From positions 1 to 49,196 of the forward strand of contig DQSL01000126.1 in the NCBI GenBank assembly GCA_015663235.1: a DNA stretch of 49,196 bases. Reading direction: 5' to 3'. The notes beneath the pieces are model-generated. The model did no database searches. It was not told the DNA's origin and worked only from the letters and a program-made list of their open reading frames with translations. Positions 18,433 through 27,506 of this stretch are shown one piece after another. The position numbers and the translations under genes are program-made. Position 1 is the stretch's first letter; every line of letters begins with the position of its first letter. The DNA comes from Mariprofundaceae bacterium. Lineage in GTDB: Bacteria; Pseudomonadota; Zetaproteobacteria; Mariprofundales; Mariprofundaceae.

Positions 18433-19055
18433 TGGATAGTAATGAGATAGTTTATGTGCTTAGTAACCCAGCGATGCCAGGGTTAGTGAAAATTGGAAAA
18501 ACAAGTCAGTAAGATGTAGGCGATAGAATGCGGCAACTTTATACCACAGGTGTACCTTTACGATTTGAGTGTGAATATGCCTGCGTAGTCGAAGACTGTT
18601 CTAAAGTGGAGAAGGCTTTCCATCATGCGTTTGGGAACTGTAGAATTAATTCAAGTCGTGAGTTTTTTACAATTGAACCTGAACGGGTAATTGCAGTGTT
18701 AGAATTATTGAGCATATCAAATGTTACACCTAAAGTTGGGGGGTATTTATCAGAAAATGTTACGCCAGAAGAGAAGTTTTCAGCGAAAAAGATGAAATCT
18801 AGTCGCCGTTCAAATATGAACTTTAGCGTGATGGGGCTGCCTATTGGCTCCATCTTAATATTTAAAGATGGTAATACATCAGTTAAAATAGTGGAAGAAA
18901 AAAAGGTGGAACTTGGTGGTGATGTTTGTTCCCTTACGGCGGCAACTAAAAAGCTTATGAACACAGATTATTCTGTTCAGCCTGCCCCATACTGGACGTT
19001 TGAAGGTCGCACGCTTAAAGATATTTATGAAGAAACATATATTCTAAATGAGTAA
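18429..19055 (+). pseudogene. GIY-YIG / T5orf172-domain protein interrupted by in-frame TAA at 18510-18512
   Basis: ATG 18429 overlaps upstream stop; reads MMDSNEIVYVLSNPAMPGLVKIGKTSQ*DVGDRMRQLYTTGVPLRFECEYAC...EKAFHHAF...REFF in one frame. Confidence 0.8.
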
Positions 19056-19058
19056 ACG

Positions 19059-19388
19059 ATGGAAAGTTTAAAAGGTTATCACGCGCATATATATTATGAT
19101 GAAAATACATTTGATTTAGCATCCAAGCTTTGTGATGAAGTGGGTGCGTTGTTTGATGTGCCAGTTGGATTTAAACATCAACAGCCTGTGGGGCCGCATC
19201 CGATGTGGAGTTGTCAGATTAGTTTAACGGCGGAGAAGTTTGCCGAAGTTGTGCCTTGGTTGATGTTGAATAGGCAGGGATTGACCGTGTTTATTCATGC
19301 CAATACGGGTGATGATTTGAAAGACCATAACGAACATGCCATGTGGATGGGCAGCATAGAGACTTTGGATTTGAGTATCTTTGAATAA
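19059..19388 (+). CDS. DOPA 4,5-dioxygenase family protein
   Basis: YHAHIYY, VGPHP, WLMLNRQGLTVFIH, DHNEHAMWMG. Confidence 0.9.
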   Translation: MESLKGYHAHIYYDENTFDLASKLCDEVGALFDVPVGFKHQQPVGPHPMWSCQISLTAEKFAEVVPWLMLNRQGLTVFIHANTGDDLKDHNEHAMWMGSIETLDLSIFE

Positions 19389-19490
19389 GTTTCTAGTACA
19401 CCACACTCGCACCGCCCCAGAGCTGTCTCTTTTGCTAGACAACTTACCTTCATCAGGAGGGTGTTTGGTAGTAGATGGTAGATGCTCGCT

Positions 19491-20168
19491 ATGAGTGAAT
19501 ATATCTTGATTGATACTTCCACCGAACATGGCTTAACTATGCGGATATTCCAGCAGGGCGAGTCCTTTTCGATTCGCGTGGACAGCGAAGACAGTGAGCT
19601 GATGAATAATGCGTTTCACTACTCTGAGGATGTGTTGGCGGAGCTTGCTTGCGAGCCGATTCGCGATAGAAAAAACGCGCATGTGTTGGTGGGTGGCTTG
19701 GGTATGGGGTTTACGCTTGCATCTGCTTTAAAACATGTGAATGCGGATGCCACGGTGTCTGTCTCTGAATTGATGGCGGCTGTGGTGCGCTGGAATCAGC
19801 TTTATCTTGGCAAAGGCGCTGGTTATCCCATGAGAGATAAACGAACGCGAATCATCAATCAGGATGTAGGCAAAGTGATGCGGGAGCATAAAAACACCTT
19901 TGATGCGATTATGCTTGATGTGGATAATGGTCCTGATGGTTATACGCGAGATAGCAATGATTCATTGTATGGTTTGGCAGGGCTTACTGAGGCTTATGAA
20001 GCCTTGAAGTCGGGTGGGGTGTTAACCATATGGTCTGCTGCACCTGATTTGGCATTTACGCAGCGCATGATGAAGGTGGGGTTTGAGGTGGAGCAGAAGC
20101 TGGTGAAAAGTCATCCCGAACAAACGCATGGGGCGAGGCATACGATTTGGATTGGCACACGATATTAA
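19491..20168 (+). CDS. SAM-dependent methyltransferase, spermidine-synthase-like (start 19482 or 19491)
   Basis: ELMN...SEDVLA, VLVGGLGMGFTL, DAIMLDVDNGPDG, GGVLTIWSA. Confidence 0.85.
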   Translation: MSEYILIDTSTEHGLTMRIFQQGESFSIRVDSEDSELMNNAFHYSEDVLAELACEPIRDRKNAHVLVGGLGMGFTLASALKHVNADATVSVSELMAAVVRWNQLYLGKGAGYPMRDKRTRIINQDVGKVMREHKNTFDAIMLDVDNGPDGYTRDSNDSLYGLAGLTEAYEALKSGGVLTIWSAAPDLAFTQRMMKVGFEVEQKLVKSHPEQTHGARHTIWIGTRY

Positions 20169-20285
20169 TCTTATTCCCCTTAGGTAGAAAGGGGTGTCAC
20201 GGAGTGGTGGTATGTAGTGTTTCTACCCCACCATTTTTTCTGCCACACCTTCACGAATGAAGGGGAATAGAGGCAAGCCTTCCCC
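20169..20285. repeat. Nested palindromic intergenic element (inverted pair of degenerate REP-like units)
   Basis: TATTCCCCTT 20172-20181 / AAGGGGAATA 20260-20269; inner GGTGT/ACACC, TGGTGG/CCACCA, GTAG/CTAC. Confidence 0.7.
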
Positions 20286-20314
20286 AAATACAATTAACGA
20301 TTAGTGTGTGACCC

Positions 20315-21436
20315 GTGAGTTTAAGTGACATTGGATTAGACAGTTGGTTTGAAGAACATGTGCAGACGTTTTGCGAGGAATCGCAAAGTGTGGCGCGTGT
20401 GGTGGCTGTGGATAGAGATAGATTGGTCGTACACGATGGCGAGAAGGAATTGTCTGCTGAGCTATTGGGTAAGTTCTTTTATGGTGCTGAGCGGGCAACG
20501 GCGTTTCCCTGCGTGGGTGATTGGGTGTGCCTTGAGCATCACAACAGCGATAATGTTGCTTCAAATAATTTTGCCAGCATACACACCGTGTTGCCGCGCA
20601 AAACCCTGCTCAAGCGCAAAGCATCGGGTTATGATGATGAATTCCAATTGCTTGCGGCTAATATAGATACGGCATTGATTGTGATGGCATGTGATTATGA
20701 TTTTCATGTGCGCAAACTTGAGCGATTTTTGGTGTTGGTAAACGAAGGACACATAACGCCAGTATTGATTTTGACCAAGGTTGATTTGATGCATCCTGAA
20801 GACATTGAAGACTTATTGTTCGATATTGAAGATGCAGGCATTGCCATTGACGTGATTCAGGTGAGCAATAAAACAGGGCAAGGCGTGGAACAAGTACGCG
20901 AGTTTATCAAACCTAAGAAAACGTATTGTATGGTGGGTTCATCGGGGGTGGGCAAAAGCTCATTGATGAATCAACTGGTGGGCGAGGACACGTTTGAAAC
21001 CCAAGAAGTCAGTGCCAACGGCGAAGGGCGGCACACCACAGTGCGCAGGCATTTGATGTTGCTTGAGCAGGGCGGTATGTTGGTGGATATGCCCGGTATG
21101 CGCGAGCTGGCGATTGCCGAAGTCAGCGATGGTATTGAAGAAAGCTTTGAGGATATTTTGGAGCTTGCGTTATCTTGCAGGTTTTCTAATTGTGGGCATA
21201 GCAATGAGCCAGGCTGCGCTATCATTGCGGCGATTGAGAATGATGAACTTGATATTGACCACTACGATAACTACTTGATAATTAAGAAGGAATCGACACA
21301 TCATAAAGCGACATACATTAAAGAACGGCGCAAAGGTAAAAATGCCAGCCGCCTTGCTGAATCGAAAACGCGCAATAAAAAGCAGCGCCTCACCGAATCC
21401 GAGCTTAAGGAGGCCAAGCTTAAAAGTAGCTCTTAA
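20315..21436 (+). CDS. rsgA: Ribosome small subunit-dependent GTPase A
   Basis: VGDWV, AANID, LTKVDL, GSSGVGKSS, GRHTT, DMPGMRE, CRFSNCGHSNEPGC Zn motif; GTG start. Confidence 0.95.
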   Translation: MSLSDIGLDSWFEEHVQTFCEESQSVARVVAVDRDRLVVHDGEKELSAELLGKFFYGAERATAFPCVGDWVCLEHHNSDNVASNNFASIHTVLPRKTLLKRKASGYDDEFQLLAANIDTALIVMACDYDFHVRKLERFLVLVNEGHITPVLILTKVDLMHPEDIEDLLFDIEDAGIAIDVIQVSNKTGQGVEQVREFIKPKKTYCMVGSSGVGKSSLMNQLVGEDTFETQEVSANGEGRHTTVRRHLMLLEQGGMLVDMPGMRELAIAEVSDGIEESFEDILELALSCRFSNCGHSNEPGCAIIAAIENDELDIDHYDNYLIIKKESTHHKATYIKERRKGKNASRLAESKTRNKKQRLTESELKEAKLKSSS

Positions 21437-21437
21437 A

Positions 21438-22682
21438 TTAAGCGTTCTTGGCTTCAATCCAGCGAGACATAAATTCTGTGCTGCGGTGATGATGATGGTT
21501 GAGCATTAACCCCATAAAATTCTTTTGCCTATAGGTTTCAAGGTTGTTTTGCACATCGAACAAACGGTTGAGCAGGGCTTGTTGATTGCTTTCTTTATTA
21601 AAAAGCGTGTTTACAATGTTGTAACCATTATTTTGCGCGGTTTCCCACATTTCTTTATCCTGATAAAGAGCAACTGCGGCATCGGCAAAGGCTTGCGCGT
21701 CATCTGCGATGTTTCCTGCCCAATCTAAATCACTTCCTTTGTGTTCAGGTATCATACCTTCTGCACCTATGTTTGTGGTCACTGAAGGTGTGCCAAACAT
21801 CATGGCATCAGCAAGTTTGGTTTTAATGCCTGCGCCAAACCTAAGCGGGGCAAGGCAAACACGCGATGCTTGCATAACATCTTGTACGCTCACAGCCTTA
21901 TCTTTAATCAAAAATCCTTCTTTGGCATTGTGCAAAGCTGTGGCTTTGGGCGGGGTGTATGCGCCATAAATATGCAGCTCAGCTTTTGGAAGTTGCTGGC
22001 GAATTAGCCCCCAAACTTCTTGTTTGAGCCAAAGCACGGCATCCCAGTTGGGTGCATGTCTGAAATTGCCAATGGTCATGAAGTGTTGGCGCTGCTCAAA
22101 GTTTGGAGTGTTGGTATCGGGTGTTTCCAACATAAAAGGGCAGAGGTGCAATAAACTTGGGTCGATATTGAAATGAGATTGCAGCAGGTCATGTTCATAG
22201 TTGGATATAATGATGGATACATCATTTCGATAGATAGCCGCAATTTCACGTAAGGCAATATCGTTGTTTAGCATATCAAGGTGAAAAGTTTGCTTGGTTT
22301 TGAAGGCTTGATGCCTTGCTTCGCGCAAACAGTGTAAATCAATGGTTTCCAATACCCTTAAAGCTTGCGGGCAAGTATTCGCCACGCGCCAGCCAAATTG
22401 TTCTTCCACCATAAAGCGGTCAAACATTACGACATTGGGTTTTAAGTCGGCAATAAAGTCATCAAAACTATTGCAATTTAGTGTAACCTTTTGGGTGTTT
22501 ACGCCCAATGTTTGCAAGGCTTTGGTTGCATCATTGTTGGCTGCAGCGCAGGCGAAGGTAATCAGCCAACCTAGGCTTTGGAACATGGCAATATGCTGCA
22601 TCAAACGCTTGCTTGCACCTGTGGATTCTGGCTCAGCCCAAACCAAGCCAAGAATTAGTATATGTGGTGTTTTCTTAGGCAT
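21438..22682 (-). CDS. Glycosyltransferase, GT-B fold (family 4-like)
   Basis: FDRFMVEEQFG, ETIDLH, IGNFRHAPNWDA, APLRFGAGIKTKL, PSVTTNIGAEG. Confidence 0.88.
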   Translation of the reverse strand: MPKKTPHILILGLVWAEPESTGASKRLMQHIAMFQSLGWLITFACAAANNDATKALQTLGVNTQKVTLNCNSFDDFIADLKPNVVMFDRFMVEEQFGWRVANTCPQALRVLETIDLHCLREARHQAFKTKQTFHLDMLNNDIALREIAAIYRNDVSIIISNYEHDLLQSHFNIDPSLLHLCPFMLETPDTNTPNFEQRQHFMTIGNFRHAPNWDAVLWLKQEVWGLIRQQLPKAELHIYGAYTPPKATALHNAKEGFLIKDKAVSVQDVMQASRVCLAPLRFGAGIKTKLADAMMFGTPSVTTNIGAEGMIPEHKGSDLDWAGNIADDAQAFADAAVALYQDKEMWETAQNNGYNIVNTLFNKESNQQALLNRLFDVQNNLETYRQKNFMGLMLNHHHHRSTEFMSRWIEAKNA

Positions 22683-22718
22683 GTTTTTTTAGGGATAAGG
22701 CAAAGGTGAAAACAAGTA

Positions 22719-22746
22719 TCGACATTGAAAAATCAGCGAGTAGATT
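22719..22746 (+). promoter_or_regulatory. Putative sigma70 promoter of rpoZ operon (TCGACA-N16-TAGATT)
   Basis: Both hexamers near consensus, upstream of GGAGG SD and ATG 22774. Confidence 0.4.
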
Positions 22747-22773
22747 TGGCTGACTTAATTTGGAGGCTATATT

Positions 22774-23034
22774 ATGGCTCGTGTTACCATTGAAGATTGT
22801 ATTCGTCATTACCCTAACCGCTTTGAAATGGTTGTTCTCGCTGCACGCCGTGCGCGTCAGTTGCAGAATGGTATGCCAAGTGTGCTAGAAGAGGAAGGAC
22901 ATAAACCAACTGTGCAAGCCCTTAAAGAGCTTGGCGAAGGTTATGTAACTTGGGATAATGTGTATGAGCTTGATGAGCAAGAACGCCAACAAGCCCAAGC
23001 CCAAGCCCAAGCCCAAGCAGAGCTTGCTGATTAA
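22774..23034 (+). CDS. rpoZ: RNA polymerase omega subunit
   Basis: MARVTIEDC, NRFEMVVLAARRARQL, KPTVQALKE; precedes rel/spoT. Confidence 0.97.
   Translation: MARVTIEDCIRHYPNRFEMVVLAARRARQLQNGMPSVLEEEGHKPTVQALKELGEGYVTWDNVYELDEQERQQAQAQAQAQAELAD
22990..23018 (+). repeat. In-frame hexanucleotide tandem repeat (CAAGCC)4-CAAGC encoding (QA)5
   Basis: Exact repeat units read directly from sequence. Confidence 0.9.
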
Positions 23035-23075
23035 TCCACTCTCTATTTGCGCGGCTTATTGAATAAACAGGACTT

Positions 23076-25259
23076 GTGCTGATGAGCCGCATTTTTGAAA
23101 TAACTGAACAAGTCCTCACATATATGCCCAAAGCTGATGTCGAGCTGATTAATCGGGCATATGTGTTTGCAGCTCATGCCCATGCAAGACAACGCCGTAG
23201 TTCTGGCGAACTTTATATTACCCACCCCTTAAGTGTTGCAAAAAACTTGGCTGATTTGAAGATGGATGTGCCGTCGATTATGACAGGGCTTCTGCATGAT
23301 ACGGTGGAAGATACCCATGTGACGTTGGAAGATATTCATCATCGTTTTGGTGATGAAGTGGCGGAATTGGTGGATGGGGTGACCAAGGTAGGTAAAATTC
23401 ACTTTACCTCATCGGAACACCAAAAGGCTGAAAACTTCCGAAAAATGATTATGGCGACCGCCAAAGATTTGCGGGTATTACTCGTGAAACTCGCCGACCG
23501 TTTGCATAATATGAGCACGCTTTCGGTGATGCGACCTGATAAACAAAAGCGCATTGCTATTGAAACCATGGAAATTTATGTACCGCTTGCGCACCGCTTG
23601 GGTATTCATTGGATTGCGCAGGCGATGGAAGATTTGGCGTTTAAATATATCGACCCTGAAGCCAACCGCGAACTTGAACAAAAGCTTGAGGGTAAACTTG
23701 ATTTTTTGCGCCAAACCCAAGAACGTCTTGAGGGTATTATCCAAGAAGCACTGAGCAGGCAGGGCATTGAAGCCAACGTGCAAGGCCGCATGAAGAATAT
23801 GTATAGCCTGCATCAAAAAATGCAGCGCAAGAGCCTCGATTTCGATGATATTTACGACTTTATTGCTTTCCGAGTGATTGTTGAGGATACGCCCGCTTGT
23901 TATCATGTGTTGGGCATGATTCACAGCTTGTATCACCCTGTCCCTGGTCGTTTTAAAGATTATATCGCACTGCCCAAAGCCAATGGTTATCAATCGCTGC
24001 ACACAGCGGTGATTGGCCCTGATAATTTCCGTATTGAGGTGCAAATTCGTAGCGAATCGATGCACCATTATGCCGAAGAAGGCGTGGCATCACATTGGTT
24101 GTATAAATCCAAAGATAACCCGAATGAAAAGAAAGAACACGAAGGTTTCCAATGGCTGAAACAGTTAGCTGAAACGATTCATACCGTTGATAACCCTGGT
24201 GAATTTCTTGAAAATGTGCGCTTGGATTTGTTTGTTAAAGAAGTGTATGTGTTTTCAAGAGATGGTGATTTGTTTGCTTTGCCACGAGGCAGTAAACCGC
24301 TTGATTTTGCGTATGCGGTACATACGGATATTGGCAACCACTGTTTGGGTGTGCGCATCAATGGCGAACCAGCCGCATTCCAGCAAAATTTACATAATGG
24401 TGACGAAATTGAGGTGTTAACCAGCCCTGAGCAAACACCTTCACGCAAATGGTTGCAATGGGTGAAAACGGCAAAAGCCAAGCAAGGTATTCGTCAGTGG
24501 TTTAGGCTGCAAGAGAAAGAAAGTGCTGTGCGCTTGGGTGAACATTTGCTCAACAGTGTGTTGGGTAAAGAGACTATCCGTCATGATATGTTGCAGTTTG
24601 CCGAGTGTAGTGATGATGCAGAGCTTAAAGAAAAGCTGGGTCGTGGTGATATAGATGTTTCGACGTTGGTTAACTATCTGCATAAAGATGATGAAAGTGT
24701 GGTGCGGAATAAGATTTTTGCAGAGTCAAATATGCAAGCTGCGAGCTGCTGCCACCCGATTCCTGGGGATAATGTGGTGGGCGCATTTATGAAGGGTGAA
24801 GGGTTTATTGTCCACGATTACCATTGTCCTGTGGTGATGCGCAAAGAATCCGATCAATGGGTTGAAGTGGACTGGCAAGCAAAACCAGATCAGTTTTATA
24901 AAACGGGTATTGAAGTGTTTTGCACCAACGAGCGCGGCTCTTTGGGGTTGGTGACTTCATCTTTATCCAAAGCAGATGCAAACATAGAAGACCTGAAGAT
25001 TGAACAACTTCCTGGGACGCTTACTTTGTTATATGTTCTCATTGAGATTGAAGATAGGGCACATTTAGCACGTGTTTTCAAGGCGCTTAAGGCATTGGGT
25101 CACGTGGCAAGAGTGCGCAGACATCATCCGAAAGGATTGGGTGGTCATGTGGTGAAGCATCGCTTTGGTTCAGTTATGAAAAGTGTTGCATCTTTTGGGC
25201 AAACACTGACCAACCCGTTTAAGAAGAAAAAGAAGAAAAAGAAGGAAAAGGAAAAATAG
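23076..25259 (+). CDS. spoT: Long RSH, bifunctional (p)ppGpp synthetase/hydrolase (start may be ATG 23082)
   Basis: Intact HD motif LLHDTVED, KLADRLHNM, RFKDY and YQSLHT synthetase motifs, TGS (DFAYAVHT), CCHPIPGD, ACT domain. Confidence 0.95.
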   Translation: MLMSRIFEITEQVLTYMPKADVELINRAYVFAAHAHARQRRSSGELYITHPLSVAKNLADLKMDVPSIMTGLLHDTVEDTHVTLEDIHHRFGDEVAELVDGVTKVGKIHFTSSEHQKAENFRKMIMATAKDLRVLLVKLADRLHNMSTLSVMRPDKQKRIAIETMEIYVPLAHRLGIHWIAQAMEDLAFKYIDPEANRELEQKLEGKLDFLRQTQERLEGIIQEALSRQGIEANVQGRMKNMYSLHQKMQRKSLDFDDIYDFIAFRVIVEDTPACYHVLGMIHSLYHPVPGRFKDYIALPKANGYQSLHTAVIGPDNFRIEVQIRSESMHHYAEEGVASHWLYKSKDNPNEKKEHEGFQWLKQLAETIHTVDNPGEFLENVRLDLFVKEVYVFSRDGDLFALPRGSKPLDFAYAVHTDIGNHCLGVRINGEPAAFQQNLHNGDEIEVLTSPEQTPSRKWLQWVKTAKAKQGIRQWFRLQEKESAVRLGEHLLNSVLGKETIRHDMLQFAECSDDAELKEKLGRGDIDVSTLVNYLHKDDESVVRNKIFAESNMQAASCCHPIPGDNVVGAFMKGEGFIVHDYHCPVVMRKESDQWVEVDWQAKPDQFYKTGIEVFCTNERGSLGLVTSSLSKADANIEDLKIEQLPGTLTLLYVLIEIEDRAHLARVFKALKALGHVARVRRHHPKGLGGHVVKHRFGSVMKSVASFGQTLTNPFKKKKKKKKEKEK

Positions 25260-25262
25260 CAT

Positions 25263-25646
25263 ATGTCATTACAAGCGATTCATACCGATCAAGCTCCGCA
25301 AGCCGTGGGTGCATATAGCCAAGCAATCAAGTGTGATGATATGCTTTATACTTCAGGGCAAATTGGCTTGAACCCTAACACGGGTGAGATGGTTGCAGGT
25401 GATGTGGCAAGCCAAGCGCAGCAAGTGGTAAAAAACTTAACTGCGGTGATTGAGCAAGCAGGCGGTAGCTTGAATCAGATTGTGAAAGTGACCATTTTTT
25501 TAGAAGATATGGCTGACTTTACTGAGGTGAACCAAATTTATGCAGCATGGCTTGGCGAACACAAACCTGCGCGTTCCACAGTGGCTGTAGCTGCCCTTCC
25601 CTTGGCAGCAAAGGTTGAGATGGACTGTGTTGTGGCACTGAGCTAA
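25263..25646 (+). CDS. ridA: RidA family (YjgF/YER057c/UK114) reactive-imine deaminase
   Basis: APQAVGAYSQAI, YTSGQI, PARSTV, LPLAAKVE. Confidence 0.92.
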   Translation: MSLQAIHTDQAPQAVGAYSQAIKCDDMLYTSGQIGLNPNTGEMVAGDVASQAQQVVKNLTAVIEQAGGSLNQIVKVTIFLEDMADFTEVNQIYAAWLGEHKPARSTVAVAALPLAAKVEMDCVVALS

Positions 25647-25651
25647 GCCAT

Positions 25652-27505
25652 ATGATTGTTGAAAGCACACCAACTGCAGCATTTGTCATTACCGTTTTGA
25701 TAGCGGTCGGCGCGCAATTGGTTGCGGCGCGGCTGAAGTTTCCACCGATTATTATTTGGTTAGCGGCGGGTATGATTTTAGGCACTTATGGTTTGAATGT
25801 TATTCAAGCAAATTTACTGGAAGGTGCGTTACACACCTTGATAGAGCTTGGTTTGGCTGTGATTTTGTTTGAAGGCGGGCTTAACCTTAATTTAAAAACA
25901 TTACGTGACCATAGCTGGACGGTAGGCAGGCTGGTGTTGGTTGCACCCATTTTTACCATGCTTATCGGTGGTGCTGCGGTGCATTATATTGTCGGCATGG
26001 ACTGGCCAATCTCATTGCTGTTTGGAGCGCTAGTCGCGGTTGGTGGCCCGACAGTTATCACCCCTATCGTGCGTCAAGTACGTTTAGACAGAGATGTTAG
26101 TCATATCTTAACGGGCGAAGCCATGTTGGTGGATGCTGTGGGTGCGATTTTAGCTATTGTGATGTTGCAAATTGTGTTGTTGCCCGATTTGGATGCGTTG
26201 CATTCTTTCCAAGAAATTATGATGAAGTTTGCAGCGGGTGCTTTGGTTGGTGGCTTAGGTGGTTGGCTGCTAGGGCTGATGCTACGCCACAATATAGCTG
26301 AAGGTTTAGAGCTACGTGCTGTGCTCAGCTTGGCGGTGGCTTGGGGTCTTTTCTTGCTCGCAGATTCACTGAGCTCACAGGCAGGTCTATTGGCAGTGTT
26401 GCTTGCAGGTGCTGTGTTACAACGTATGGATATTTCGGACCTGCAAAATCTAAAGCACTTTAAAGGCAGCTTATCTATGCTGCTTATATCCATGTTATTT
26501 GTACTTTTGGCAGCGAACCTCAATCTTCAGTTGATGGAAGTATGGTTATGGCAGGGGCTCTTGATATTTGCTATTTTAGCTATTTTCGTCCGTCCTTTGG
26601 CAGTTTGGTTATCAACTTTTGGTGGTGGTTTAAACAAAGGACAAATGGCTTTTTTAGCATTCATGGCACCACGAGGCGTTGTTGCAGCAGGTGTCACATC
26701 TTTATTTTCGATTATTCTTCTAGAAGCCAACCATCCCCACGCTGAAACGTTACTCGCCTTAATTTATATTATTATTATTGTGTCGGTGTTTTTGTATAGC
26801 TTTATTGCGAAACCTTTAAGTCATTGGTTGGATGTTGAAGGTGGGAGCGACCGCTCGGTGTTAATCATTGGTGGTGGGCAAGTTGGTGCAGAACTGGGCC
26901 GTTTGTTGAGTGAAGACAGGGAAGTACGCTTTCTTGATATGAATGGTCAAGTGGTAAGCCAACTCAAACAAGCAGGTTTTGAGGCTGTGCGTGGCAATGC
27001 TTTGGATCCCTTGTATATGGAAATTGTTCATGCCGAAGAAATTGATACCGTGATTGTGATGACAGGCTCGTCTGACCATAATTTACACATCGCAAGATTG
27101 GCTTTTGATATGTTTCATATCCAAGAAGTATACGTCACTTTAGAAGAAGGCGATGAGAAAAAATATGCAAGTTTGATGCATCAAATTCAGGCGAAACGTT
27201 TATTTGCTAAGCCATACACATTCAGTTATTGGCATGACCAAGCAACACGAAAACGCCTTGTTTTTGATACCAAAGTGGTGGATGAAGCTTCGCTACTTGC
27301 AGGTTCTAAAATAAAAGAACTCCGTATACCCAGTGGTGTTCAACCCTTGGCGGTGGTTCGTGATGGGCTATCGTATATTGTACATGATGACTTGGAGCTT
27401 GAACTAGAAGATGAAGTCTACGCATTACTTCGCCCTGAGCGCGTTAAAGAGGGACAACCTATACTGATTACGAAGCAACAAGAAACTGTAGACGAAGCAA
27501 AATAA
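25652..27505 (+). CDS. Cation:proton antiporter (CPA1) with C-terminal TrkA-N/TrkA-C (RCK) domains
   Basis: LAVILFEGG, GPTVI, GEAMLVD, APRGVVAA, then IIGGGQVG Rossmann fold and RCK-C. Confidence 0.88.
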   Translation: MIVESTPTAAFVITVLIAVGAQLVAARLKFPPIIIWLAAGMILGTYGLNVIQANLLEGALHTLIELGLAVILFEGGLNLNLKTLRDHSWTVGRLVLVAPIFTMLIGGAAVHYIVGMDWPISLLFGALVAVGGPTVITPIVRQVRLDRDVSHILTGEAMLVDAVGAILAIVMLQIVLLPDLDALHSFQEIMMKFAAGALVGGLGGWLLGLMLRHNIAEGLELRAVLSLAVAWGLFLLADSLSSQAGLLAVLLAGAVLQRMDISDLQNLKHFKGSLSMLLISMLFVLLAANLNLQLMEVWLWQGLLIFAILAIFVRPLAVWLSTFGGGLNKGQMAFLAFMAPRGVVAAGVTSLFSIILLEANHPHAETLLALIYIIIIVSVFLYSFIAKPLSHWLDVEGGSDRSVLIIGGGQVGAELGRLLSEDREVRFLDMNGQVVSQLKQAGFEAVRGNALDPLYMEIVHAEEIDTVIVMTGSSDHNLHIARLAFDMFHIQEVYVTLEEGDEKKYASLMHQIQAKRLFAKPYTFSYWHDQATRKRLVFDTKVVDEASLLAGSKIKELRIPSGVQPLAVVRDGLSYIVHDDLELELEDEVYALLRPERVKEGQPILITKQQETVDEAK

Positions 27506-27506
27506 T

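Noticed and set aside
18510-18512. Selenocysteine or pyrrolysine recoding of the internal stop
   Set aside because: Codon is TAA, not TGA or TAG; no SECIS-like hairpin seen
19389-19490. Riboswitch upstream of the methyltransferase (short stems, GTAGATG tandem, stray AGGAGG)
   Set aside because: Stems are short and match no aptamer consensus I recognise; an Rfam scan would settle it
17297-20285. Integron cassette array
   Set aside because: No integrase, hairpins lack AAC/GTT cores and differ from each other, and genes overlap rather than being separated by attC sites
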